From NCBI GenBank assembly GCA_965226495.1, contig OZ245365.1, positions 5,120,001-5,184,000 of the forward strand: 64,000 nucleotides of DNA, read 5' to 3'. The stretch comes from Candidatus Marinacidobacterales bacterium. Lineage in GTDB: Bacteria; Acidobacteriota; Vicinamibacteria; Marinacidobacterales; DATDRI01. The notes under the pieces are model-generated. The model was not told the origin of the DNA, searched no databases, and worked only from the letters and a program-made list of their open reading frames with translations. The position numbers were made by a program, and so were the translations under genes. The first letter of the stretch is position 1. Every line of letters starts with the position of its first letter. Positions 56,037 through 64,000 of this stretch are shown in pieces.

Positions 56037-56368
56037 AAACTCTGGACGGCCTTCTCCTCATCGTCGTAGGTCTCGAAGACAGTCAGCAGTTTCGTAATGG
56101 AGAGAAGGTCCTGGATGCGCTTGGTTAAGTGCAGGAGCTTCAGCTTCCCGTTTTTGCGACTCGCCGTGGTGTAGCAGCGCACGATCTCGCCGAGGCCCGC
56201 ACTGTCCACGTAGGGCACGTCGGCAAGGTTGAGCACGATCTTGGACTTTCCGCCCTCGACCAAGCTGTTGATCTTCTCACGCAGTAGCTCATCACCCTCC
56301 CCGATGAGCATCTTGCCCTTCAGGTCTAGGAGGGTGACCTCGCCTACGGTTCTTTCCTCGATCTTCAT
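56033..56368 (-). CDS. STAS-domain anti-sigma factor antagonist
   Basis: IVLNLADVPYVDSAGLGE with phosphorylatable Ser, LLSITKL. Confidence 0.93.
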   Translation of the reverse strand: MKIEERTVGEVTLLDLKGKMLIGEGDELLREKINSLVEGGKSKIVLNLADVPYVDSAGLGEIVRCYTTASRKNGKLKLLHLTKRIQDLLSITKLLTVFETYDDEEKAVQSF

Positions 56369-56428
56369 GATAAGAACTCTCCTCTTGCCAAGGGGGCCGA
56401 GAGAAACTTCGGCCGTAAAACCTTGTAA

Positions 56429-56458
56429 GTGTTATCACGAAGGGCGAAGTAGTGTCAA
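56429..56458 (-). promoter_or_regulatory. sigma70-type promoter of the STAS-ubiA-GT operon
   Basis: TTGACA-N18-TAACAC with a TG extension on the minus strand. Confidence 0.55.
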
Positions 56459-56489
56459 GCATACGGGACTATGCTAGACTCGCCCATCG

Positions 56490-57499
56490 ATGGAATATCC
56501 CTTTATCGACCGGCTTCGGGACTCTCGAAAGCGGATCGCCTTTCCCGAAGCGACTGAGCCCAGAACCCTCAAGGCCGCTCGCACGATGGAGGACGAAGCT
56601 ATCGCCTCTGATCGCCTTTCCCGGTCCTGGTCGATGGAGGCGAAGATCCCGACAAGGTCAGCCGAGCCGCGGATCAGGCCGGTATCTCACTCAAGGGAAT
56701 AGAGATTCGCTCCCCCATCGAAGAAGGTGACCTCGAAGTATTCGCCGAGCGCTACCACCAACAATCCCGCCACAAAGGCGTCTCCGAGGACGAGGCGCGC
56801 CAAATCGTGGCCGACCCTATGTACTTCGCGGCCTGCATGGTCCAGGCGGACGATGCCGCGGGCTACGTCGCCGGCGCCCACCACACGACCGCGGAAACTG
56901 TGCGGCCCGCCATTCGGGTCCTCGGAACGCAGCCGGACGTCAAGTGGGTCTCGAGCTTCTTCTTAATGGTGTTGCCGGCGGGCAAAGGAGAATACATCTT
57001 TGCTGACTGCGGCGTGATTCCCGATCCCGATTCGAACCAGCTCGTCGAAATCGCCCTGCTGGCGGCGGCGAATGCCCGTCTCTTCTTGGAGACCGAGCCA
57101 CTGGTCGCGCTCCTTTCGTTCTCGACGAAAGGCAGCGCCCGTCATCCCATGCTCAACAAAATCACGGAGGCCGCCGAGACCCTTCGAGAAAGGTCTCCGG
57201 GGTTGGCGAGTGATGGAGAGCTTCAGGGCGATGCGGCCCTGGTCGCCGAGATCGCGGCGAGCAAGGCCCCGGGCAGTCGGGTAGCGGGGAAGGCTAATAC
57301 CCTCGTGTTTCCCGATCTGAACTCGGGGAATATCGCTTACAAGCTGGTGGAACGGCTAGCCGATGCGCTCGCGCTGGGCCCCATTTTGCAGGGCCTGGCC
57401 AAACCGGCCAACGACCTCTCCCGAGGTTGCAGCGTCGAGGACATCGTAAACGTGGCGGCTATCACTTCGATTCAATCAATAAAGGCCGATCGAAGGTAG
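56490..57499 (+). pseudogene. pta: Phosphate acetyltransferase, frameshifted near 56601-56620 (pseudogene or sequence error)
   Basis: KRIAFPEATEPRTLKAA in one frame. FPVLV...[52 protein letters not shown] in another frame. Confidence 0.82.
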
Positions 57500-57511
57500 G
57501 ACCAGGCTTTT

Positions 57512-57712
57512 CTAGTCGCCGCTCTCGCGGCGCATCTTCTTCCTCTGCCGCTTCTGCGCCAGCGCTTGCTTCGCGCGACGCTTATCGCCTGGCTTCAGGT
57601 AATAGGAGTGTCTCTTGATTTCCTTGATGATGTCTTCCTGTTGGACTCTTCTCTTGAACCGGCGCAGGGCACTTTCTATCGACTCACCCTCTTGAATTCT
57701 GACTTCGGCCAA
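57512..57712 (-). CDS. rpsU: 30S ribosomal protein S21
   Basis: EGESIESALRRFKRRV...YYLKPG; TTG start with GGAGG RBS. Confidence 0.95.
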   Translation of the reverse strand: MAEVRIQEGESIESALRRFKRRVQQEDIIKEIKRHSYYLKPGDKRRAKQALAQKRQRKKMRRESGD

Positions 57713-57763
57713 TCATAACACCTCCCTTACGTTCAATTTTTGGACCCTTCGGCCGAATTAACT

Positions 57764-57792
57764 ACTATAAAGGCGGGGGCGATGCTTGTCAA
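57764..57792 (-). promoter_or_regulatory. sigma70-type promoter of rpsU
   Basis: TTGACA-N17-TATAGT on the minus strand. Confidence 0.8.
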
Positions 57793-57850
57793 GTCCTTAT
57801 TTATAAGTAAATTGCGAGCGTTGACGGCATTATAGTGGTTCTTGTATATC

Positions 57851-57880
57851 TTGACACTCCGACAACCAGCGTGGGATAAT
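57851..57880 (+). promoter_or_regulatory. sigma70-type promoter of purD
   Basis: TTGACA-N18-GATAAT. Confidence 0.6.
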
Positions 57881-57926
57881 CGATGCCCAGAATGGGGTCT
57901 AACTCTCTCAAAAAGAAGGTCTTGAA

Positions 57927-59234
57927 GTGAGGGTTCTCGTCGTCGGCTCCGGCGGCCGGGAGCACGCACTCGTCTGGAAGCTCAAGCAAAGCCCGCTCCT
58001 GACCGAGATTTACTGTGCGCCGGGAAATCCCGGGATCGCGACCCTGGCCGATTGCGTGGACATCGACCCCTCGGACATCGTCGAGCTGGCTGATTTCGCA
58101 GAGAAGCTTTCCATCAGTTTGACCGTTGTCGGCCCCGAGCTGCCTCTCATGCTGGGCATAGCCGATGAGTTCGAAAAGCGGGGGCTTGCCGTCTTCGGAC
58201 CCACCCGCGCCGCGGCGGAGCTCGAGGGCAGCAAGGCGTTCGCCAAAGACTTCATGGCCAAGCACGGCATTCCGACCGCGAAGTTCAAGGTGGTGAACGA
58301 CGTCGACGAAGCCAAATCCGTGATCAAAAAGGGGGAGCTCGGCTTGCCTTTGGTCATCAAAGCCGACGGGCTCGCGGGTGGCAAAGGCGTCTCGATCGTC
58401 GCCGACAAGAAGGCAGCTCTCGCGGAAGCCGACCGCTTGCTCACCGACAAGGCTCTGGGAACCGCAGGGAGCAAGGTCGTCCTGGAAGAGTGCCTGGAAG
58501 GAGAAGAGGTCTCTTTTTTTGTCTTGTCAGACGGAGCCAAAGTCTTTCCGTTCGTCGCAGCCCAGGATCAAAAAAGAGCACTCGATAACGACGAGGGACC
58601 CAACACCGGGGGCATGGGCTGCGTTTGTCCGGCGACGATGCTGAGGGCCGAGACACTGAAACGCATCATGCAAGAAATTGTGCTGCCTACGATCTCGAAG
58701 ATGGCAGCCGACGGTAGACGTTATCAGGGTTTGCTCTACAGCGGTTTGATGATCACGAAAGATGGTCCCAAGGTCTTGGAGTACAACGTTCGTTTCGGAG
58801 ATCCCGAGACCCAAGCCGTGCTCCCTCGATACACCGGAGACCTCCTTCCTCTATTAAAGGAGGTCGCAGATGGGCACCTAGGTCAGCATAGGCCGGAGTG
58901 GAGTCGCGACCCTGCTATCACCGTCATTCTTGCCTCGGGTGGCTACCCCGGAAGCTACGCGACCGGGAAGAAGATTGAAGGAGTCGACCTCGCCAAGGGC
59001 GTTGAGATCGCCGAAGGTGTGAGCCTCTTCCACGCCGGAACGAAGAAAGACGGCAACAACCTGGTGACCGGTGGCGGAAGGGTCCTCGCAGTCACTGGCA
59101 TTGGTCAGAATCTCAAGGCCGCCATCGAGCGAACCTACAAGGCGGTCGACGGCATCCAGTTCGAAGGGATGCATTACCGGAAAGACATCGGCCAAAAAGC
59201 CTTGGCCCGCATGTCCGGGGATGGGAGTTCATGA
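57927..59234 (+). CDS. purD: Phosphoribosylamine--glycine ligase
   Basis: [43 protein letters not shown]. Confidence 0.97.
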   Translation: MRVLVVGSGGREHALVWKLKQSPLLTEIYCAPGNPGIATLADCVDIDPSDIVELADFAEKLSISLTVVGPELPLMLGIADEFEKRGLAVFGPTRAAAELEGSKAFAKDFMAKHGIPTAKFKVVNDVDEAKSVIKKGELGLPLVIKADGLAGGKGVSIVADKKAALAEADRLLTDKALGTAGSKVVLEECLEGEEVSFFVLSDGAKVFPFVAAQDQKRALDNDEGPNTGGMGCVCPATMLRAETLKRIMQEIVLPTISKMAADGRRYQGLLYSGLMITKDGPKVLEYNVRFGDPETQAVLPRYTGDLLPLLKEVADGHLGQHRPEWSRDPAITVILASGGYPGSYATGKKIEGVDLAKGVEIAEGVSLFHAGTKKDGNNLVTGGGRVLAVTGIGQNLKAAIERTYKAVDGIQFEGMHYRKDIGQKALARMSGDGSS

Positions 59235-59734
59235 GCAAACCTCTGGTCGGCATCCTTATGGGAAGCGCCTCCGACGCTGACGTCATGACCCAGGCGGCGG
59301 AAGTCCTCCGCGAGCTCGGCGTCCCCTACGAGATAGGAATTTACTCCGCTCACCGGACCCCGGACCGCGTCGAGAAGTTCGCGTCACAAGCCGAAGAGCG
59401 CGGCATTCGAGTGATCATCGCCGGAGCGGGAGCCGCCGCTCACCTTGCAGGCGCCGTCGCCGCTCGCACGCATCTGCCAGTCATCGGCGTGCCCCTCGCG
59501 GGGACAGCCCTTTCCGGTATGGACGCATTGCTCGCCACCGTCCAAATGCCAGCCGGCTTCCCGGTGGCCACCGTCGCAATTGGGAAGGCGGGCGCCATCA
59601 ACGCCGCGCTCCTCGCCGCACAGATCCTGGCCCTCCAGGATCCCGATTTGCGGAAGCGCCTCGGTAAGCACCGCGAGCGCAAAGCGGCCGCGGCGGTCAA
59701 GGCTTCGGACGAACTTTCCCAAAAAAACCAGTGA
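59231..59734 (+). CDS. purE: N5-carboxyaminoimidazole ribonucleotide mutase
   Basis: [32 protein letters not shown]. Confidence 0.96.
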   Translation: MSKPLVGILMGSASDADVMTQAAEVLRELGVPYEIGIYSAHRTPDRVEKFASQAEERGIRVIIAGAGAAAHLAGAVAARTHLPVIGVPLAGTALSGMDALLATVQMPAGFPVATVAIGKAGAINAALLAAQILALQDPDLRKRLGKHRERKAAAAVKASDELSQKNQ

Positions 59735-62296
59735 CCCGGTCGAGGGCGGTGGCTCTTTCTTGCGCCGCGGCACTCTTCTCGACTTGTAGCAAGACCCCGG
59801 ACGACAGCTACGAAGCCGGCGTTCCGTGGGAGCTCGCCAAGCACCGTGCCCAAACGATTTCCAACCTCCGGTACGAAATCTCCCTTAACATTCCCGACGC
59901 GGCGGATGAATCCATTCGAGGCAGCGAGAAGGTAACCTTCGACCTCACTGAGGCGGGTAGTCCGGTGGTTTTCGATTTCGCGCAACCCGAAGAGAATGTT
60001 GTCTTGGTTTCGGTTAACGCCCGGGCCGTCGACCACAAGGTGGCCAGTGAGCACTTGGTGATTCCCGCCGAGTCTTTTGACGCGGGCTGGATATCGATTT
60101 CATCGCTGGCGACGGCTCCCTCAATCGCAACGAAGACTTTCTCTACACACTCTTCGTACCCGACCGAGCACGGGTCGCGTTCCCAGTCTTCGATCAGCCG
60201 AATCTAAAGGGCCGTCTCAAGCTGAGCCTCGAGGCTCCGTCTTCCTGCAGGCGGTGTCGAACGGGAAACTCGAAAACCACGACGTCGCCGGGGACCGAGC
60301 CGTCTTCCAGTTCGCCGAGACGAAGCCCATCAGCACTTACCTCTTCTCCTTCGTGGCGGGTCGTTTCGAGGTGGAGACCGCGGAACGAAACGGGCGGCAG
60401 ATCACGATGTTTCATCGTGAGACCGACCCCGAGAAGCTAGAACGGAACCGGGACGTTATCTTCGATCTCCACGCCGGCGCCCTCGAGTGGCTCCAGGATT
60501 ACACGGGGATCCCGTACCCCTTCGAGAAATTCGATTTCGCCCTCATCCCTTCTTTTCAGTACGGAGGGATGGAGCATCCCGGAGCCATCAACTATCGCGC
60601 CGACGGTCTTCTTCTGGACGAGTCCGCCACCCAGAATGAGCTCCTGGGACGAGCCAGCGTCATTGCCCATGAGACAGCGCACATGTGGTTCGGGAACCTC
60701 GTCACCATGGAATGGTTCAACGACGTCTGGATGAAGGAAGTCTTCTCGAACTTCATGGCCGCCAAGATCGTCAATCCCTCGTTTCCGGAGGTTGACCACG
60801 AGCTCCGCTTCCTGCTCGCCCACTACCCCAGCGCCTACGGTGTCGACCGCACCGACGGAGCCAACGCCAACCGTCAGGAGCTCGAGAATCTCAACGAGGC
60901 GGGCTCGGTCTATGGCGCCATCATCTATCAGAAGGCCCCGGTGGTGATGAAGCACCTCGAGCTTCTGATGGGGGAGGAGCCCTTCCGCGCCGGGGTACGG
61001 GAGTATCTGGACCGCTACCGACTCGCGAACGCCACGTGGCCCCACCTCATCGAGATCCTCGACGGAAGAAGCGAAGAGGATCTCGGCGCTTGGAGCGAAG
61101 TCTGGGTCGAGGAGCCACGCCGGCCGACGATCACGACCCATCTCGACGTCGAAGATGGCACGGTCCGCGCCCTCACGCTTTCGCGGACGGACCCCGAAAA
61201 ACATGGACGGAGATGGAACCAGCGCCTGGAAGTCCTTCTCGGTTACGACGACGGGGAAGTGAGAACGTTCCCGGTGCACCTCAAAGAACAATCCGTCAAG
61301 GTCACCGCCCCCGAGGGCTCACCCGCACCCAATTACGTCCTGCCCAACGGCCTCGGCATCGGATACGGTCACTTCGAGCTCGATGAACGAACTCGCGAAT
61401 ACCTTTTGGAGAATCTGCCGCGTATCCAATCTCCTTTGGCGCGAGCCGTGGCCTGGCTTTCCCTTTGGGAAGCGATGCTGACGGGATCGGTCCCCCCGCC
61501 GGAGATGACGGGGCTCATCCTTTCATCCCTTGAGTTAGAAACCGACGAGCTCAACATCGAGCTCATTCTCCGCTACCTCGAGCGTACCTATTGGGCCTAC
61601 TTAGGCACATCCGAGCGAGACAGCCTGACGACTCGAATCGAAGCGCTACTCTGGCACGCGCTGCTCGAATCCCCAAGAGAGACGCTCAAGGCAACTTACT
61701 TCGCGACCTACCGAAGGATTGCCCTTTCTGACGATGCGCTCCGACGACTAAGAAGGATCTGGGAGCAACAAGAAGAGATCCCCGGGCTCACGCTTGCCGA
61801 GCGGGACTATTCGACGATCGCCCAGGAGTTGGCGCTTCGGAAAGTGGAGGGCACCGAGTCGATCCTCTCCCGGCAGCTCGAACGCATCGAGAATCCCGAT
61901 CGCGCGGCCCGCTTCCGTTTTGCGATCCCCTCTCTCTCCGCGGATCCCAAGGTACGGGACGAATTTTTCGAGAGTTTGAAAGAGACCGAGAACCGCGAGC
62001 ATGAGCCCTGGGTGTTGGACGCGGTCGGCTTCCTAAACCACCCGCTCCGTGCCCGACAGGCCGTGCACTACATTCGGCCCAGCCTCGATCTCCTCGAAGA
62101 GATCCAACGCACCGGCGACATCTTCTTTCCCAAGGGATGGCTCGACGCGACCCTAGGAGGTCATAGCTCTCCAAGTGCTGCGACCATCGTACGAGAGTTC
62201 TTGAAGGGAAGAAACGACCTCCCGCCGAGGCTGAGGCAGAAACTGTTGCAGTCGGCAGACCCCTTGTTCAGAGCCGCAAGTTCCAGAAAGCCCTAG
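59731..62296 (+). pseudogene. pepN: M1 family aminopeptidase N (lipoprotein-like), two frameshifts near 60086 and 60246
   Basis: Three successive frames: ...[12 protein letters not shown] / [42 protein letters not shown] / QAVSNG...GGMEHPG, HETAHMWFG. Confidence 0.82.
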
Positions 62297-62491
62297 CTCT
62301 CCGCAGCCTGTAAGCCACAACCGCAGCTCACGGCCCCACAGCCGCAACTCATGAGATAAAACCGCAATCTGTGAGCCGTTAAGGCGCCGGATCGCGCCTA
62401 TATCTAGGGGGGTGTCTGTGCCAAAAGGGTCCCCTTTGGAGTTAACATGCAGGCAACCGGCCCGTTTTCGGATTGGGCCAAGGGCGCGCCA

Positions 62492-62575
62492 TTGTTGAAA
62501 AACGGACAGGCCTTCTCCCACTACCAGCTCCGGGAGAAGATCGGCAAGGGCGGAATGGGCGAAGTCAACTATTCT
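62492..62575 (+). pseudogene. Relic 5' fragment of a Ser/Thr protein kinase gene
   Basis: LLKNGQAFSHYQLREKIGKGGMGEV matches kinase subdomain I, after which similarity ends. Confidence 0.65.
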
Positions 62576-62615
62576 TGGGCCGACGACGCCATCGTGCGCT
62601 CCGCGTCGTCGCTCG

Positions 62616-62660
62616 CTCTCACCCTCTCCCCGTTTGCGGGGAGAGGGATGGGGTGAGGGG
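62616..62660. repeat. REP-like GC-rich palindromic element
   Basis: CCCTCTCCCCG-tttg-CGGGGAGAGGG hairpin flanked by CTCACCC and GGGGTGAGGGG. Confidence 0.7.
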
Positions 62661-62687
62661 TCCCGTACTCCGAAACCGCCAGAGCCC

Positions 62688-64000
62688 ATGAACAAGAAAC
62701 TCGGCCACTACGAAGTCATCGAGCTTATTGGCTCTGGCGGAATGGGAGAGGTCTTCCTCGCTCACGACCAAAGCCTCGGCCGCCGTGTCGCACTGAAACT
62801 CCTTCCCGAAGATCTGCAACAGGACGAGACCACGAAGAAACGGTTCCTACGAGAAGCCAAGTCAGCCGCCGCTCTCGATCATCCTTACATCTGCAAGATC
62901 TATGAGATCGGCGAAGCCGAAGGAAACTCCTTCATCGCCATGGAGTATGTCGGAGGAGAGACCCTGCAGCAGCGATTGGCGCGAGGGCCCCTGCCTCTTG
63001 AAGACGCCGAGCGTATCGCCGCCGAGATCGCCGAAGCACTGGAGACCGCACACCAGAAAGGCATCGTGCACCGGGATCTCAAGCCGTCCAACATCATGCT
63101 TTCGACGGGCGGACACGTGAAGGTGTTGGATTTCGGACTAGCCAAACAAGTCACCGACACTACCGGAGCCGACAGCCAATTCGAAACCGAATCTCAGCTG
63201 ACCGGCAAGGGCTTAACACCCGGAACACCGGCCTACATGTCGCCCGAGCAGCTGCGAGGCGAAGCGGTCGATCCCCGCTCGGACATCTTTTCTCTGGGTC
63301 TCGTGGTCTACGAGATGCTGGCCGGCGCGCATCCATTCGTCGGAGCCACGTCGATGGATACCACGGCGGGGATCTTGAACAAGGCCCCGACTCCGCTCTC
63401 GGGTTACCGAAAAGACATCCCGGAGCCCCTCGAGCATCTTGTCGAAAAAATGCTGGCCAAAACGCCCGACGATCGTTATCAGCTCGTGCATGAAGTGCGG
63501 ACGGACCTTGCTCGCGCCAGGGGGACGATTGCTCCCACACGACGCACGCCGCTTTGGAAAAACCGACGCATCGGACTCAGCATGGGGGCCGTAGCACTCG
63601 TGGCCGTTTTAGTCGCTCTCGGAGCGTGGTGGCTCGCCTCTTCGCGAGACGCGCCTGTCTCGAGTACGGGACATCCGTCGGTGGCCGTCTTGCCATTAAG
63701 AAACCTCAGTCAGGACCCAATGGAAAGCGACTACTTGGCGGAGGGCATCAGCCAGGCCGTGATCACGAAACTCACCCAGGCGGGACTGCGCGTGACATCT
63801 TGGGAGACCGCCCGGCGTTACGGTCACAGTGGTGAGCCCGCCGAAAGCATCGGCCAAGAGTTGAACGTGGATAACGTTCTCGTCGGCACGTTTCAACTCT
63901 CCGGTGATCGAATACTCACGACGCTCGCCCTAGTTGAGGCGAAGAGCGGACTTCAATCATGGGCGGACGAGTTCGAAGAGCCCTTCGAAGATCTCTTCCA
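62688..64000 (+). CDS. Ser/Thr protein kinase with TM segment and TolB-N-like domain (partial, runs off the window end)
   Basis: Hand translation: GSGGMGEV, VALK, HRDLKPSN, DFGLAK, GTPAYMSPEQ, SDIFSLG; TM helix; SVAVLPLRNLS...DYLAEG. Confidence 0.92.
   Translation, partial: MNKKLGHYEVIELIGSGGMGEVFLAHDQSLGRRVALKLLPEDLQQDETTKKRFLREAKSAAALDHPYICKIYEIGEAEGNSFIAMEYVGGETLQQRLARGPLPLEDAERIAAEIAEALETAHQKGIVHRDLKPSNIMLSTGGHVKVLDFGLAKQVTDTTGADSQFETESQLTGKGLTPGTPAYMSPEQLRGEAVDPRSDIFSLGLVVYEMLAGAHPFVGATSMDTTAGILNKAPTPLSGYRKDIPEPLEHLVEKMLAKTPDDRYQLVHEVRTDLARARGTIAPTRRTPLWKNRRIGLSMGAVALVAVLVALGAWWLASSRDAPVSSTGHPSVAVLPLRNLSQDPMESDYLAEGISQAVITKLTQAGLRVTSWETARRYGHSGEPAESIGQELNVDNVLVGTFQLSGDRILTTLALVEAKSGLQSWADEFEEPFEDLF

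Noticed and set aside
56601-60250. Programmed ribosomal frameshifting in pta and pepN
   Set aside because: There are no canonical slippery heptamers or stimulatory structures, and two shifts would be needed in pepN. Indel mutation or sequencing error is simpler.
1-64000. Mobile elements, prophage, defence systems, tRNA or rRNA
   Set aside because: No transposase, integrase, phage structural gene, defence-type nuclease or structural RNA signature was recognised.

Overview
GC-rich bacterial chromosomal segment, most likely Acidobacteriota (Vicinamibacteria-like, inferred from the acidobacterial-type VWA protein and the Ser/Thr kinase with a TolB-N-like domain). It holds a Wzx/Wzy-type polysaccharide locus in two blocks (1.7-10.5 kb and 15.2-31.7 kb) split by a polA / lipoprotein / peptidase island. 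The second block is headed by an HD-GYP gene and contains a FleN/MinD-like ATPase. Next come a small winged-helix-like gene and a divergent signalling operon (REC-GGDEF, CHASE2-GAF-PAS histidine kinase, REC-DUF4388, LysM-like/FecR/FN3 protein), each side with its own sigma54-type -24/-12 element. After that: VWA and FHA genes, osmoprotectant and Zn ABC transporters, a GH20 gene, a STAS-UbiA-coiled-coil-5xGT4 operon, a frameshifted pta, rpsU, purD, purE, a doubly frameshifted pepN, a kinase relic with a REP-like palindrome, and a Ser/Thr kinase cut by the window end. The best candidate for an undescribed system is a sigma54- and c-di-GMP-wired surface-polysaccharide circuit. A second candidate is the UbiA/GT4 array. 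No rRNA, tRNA, CRISPR array or transposase was seen. All calls come from reading motifs by eye; no searches were run.
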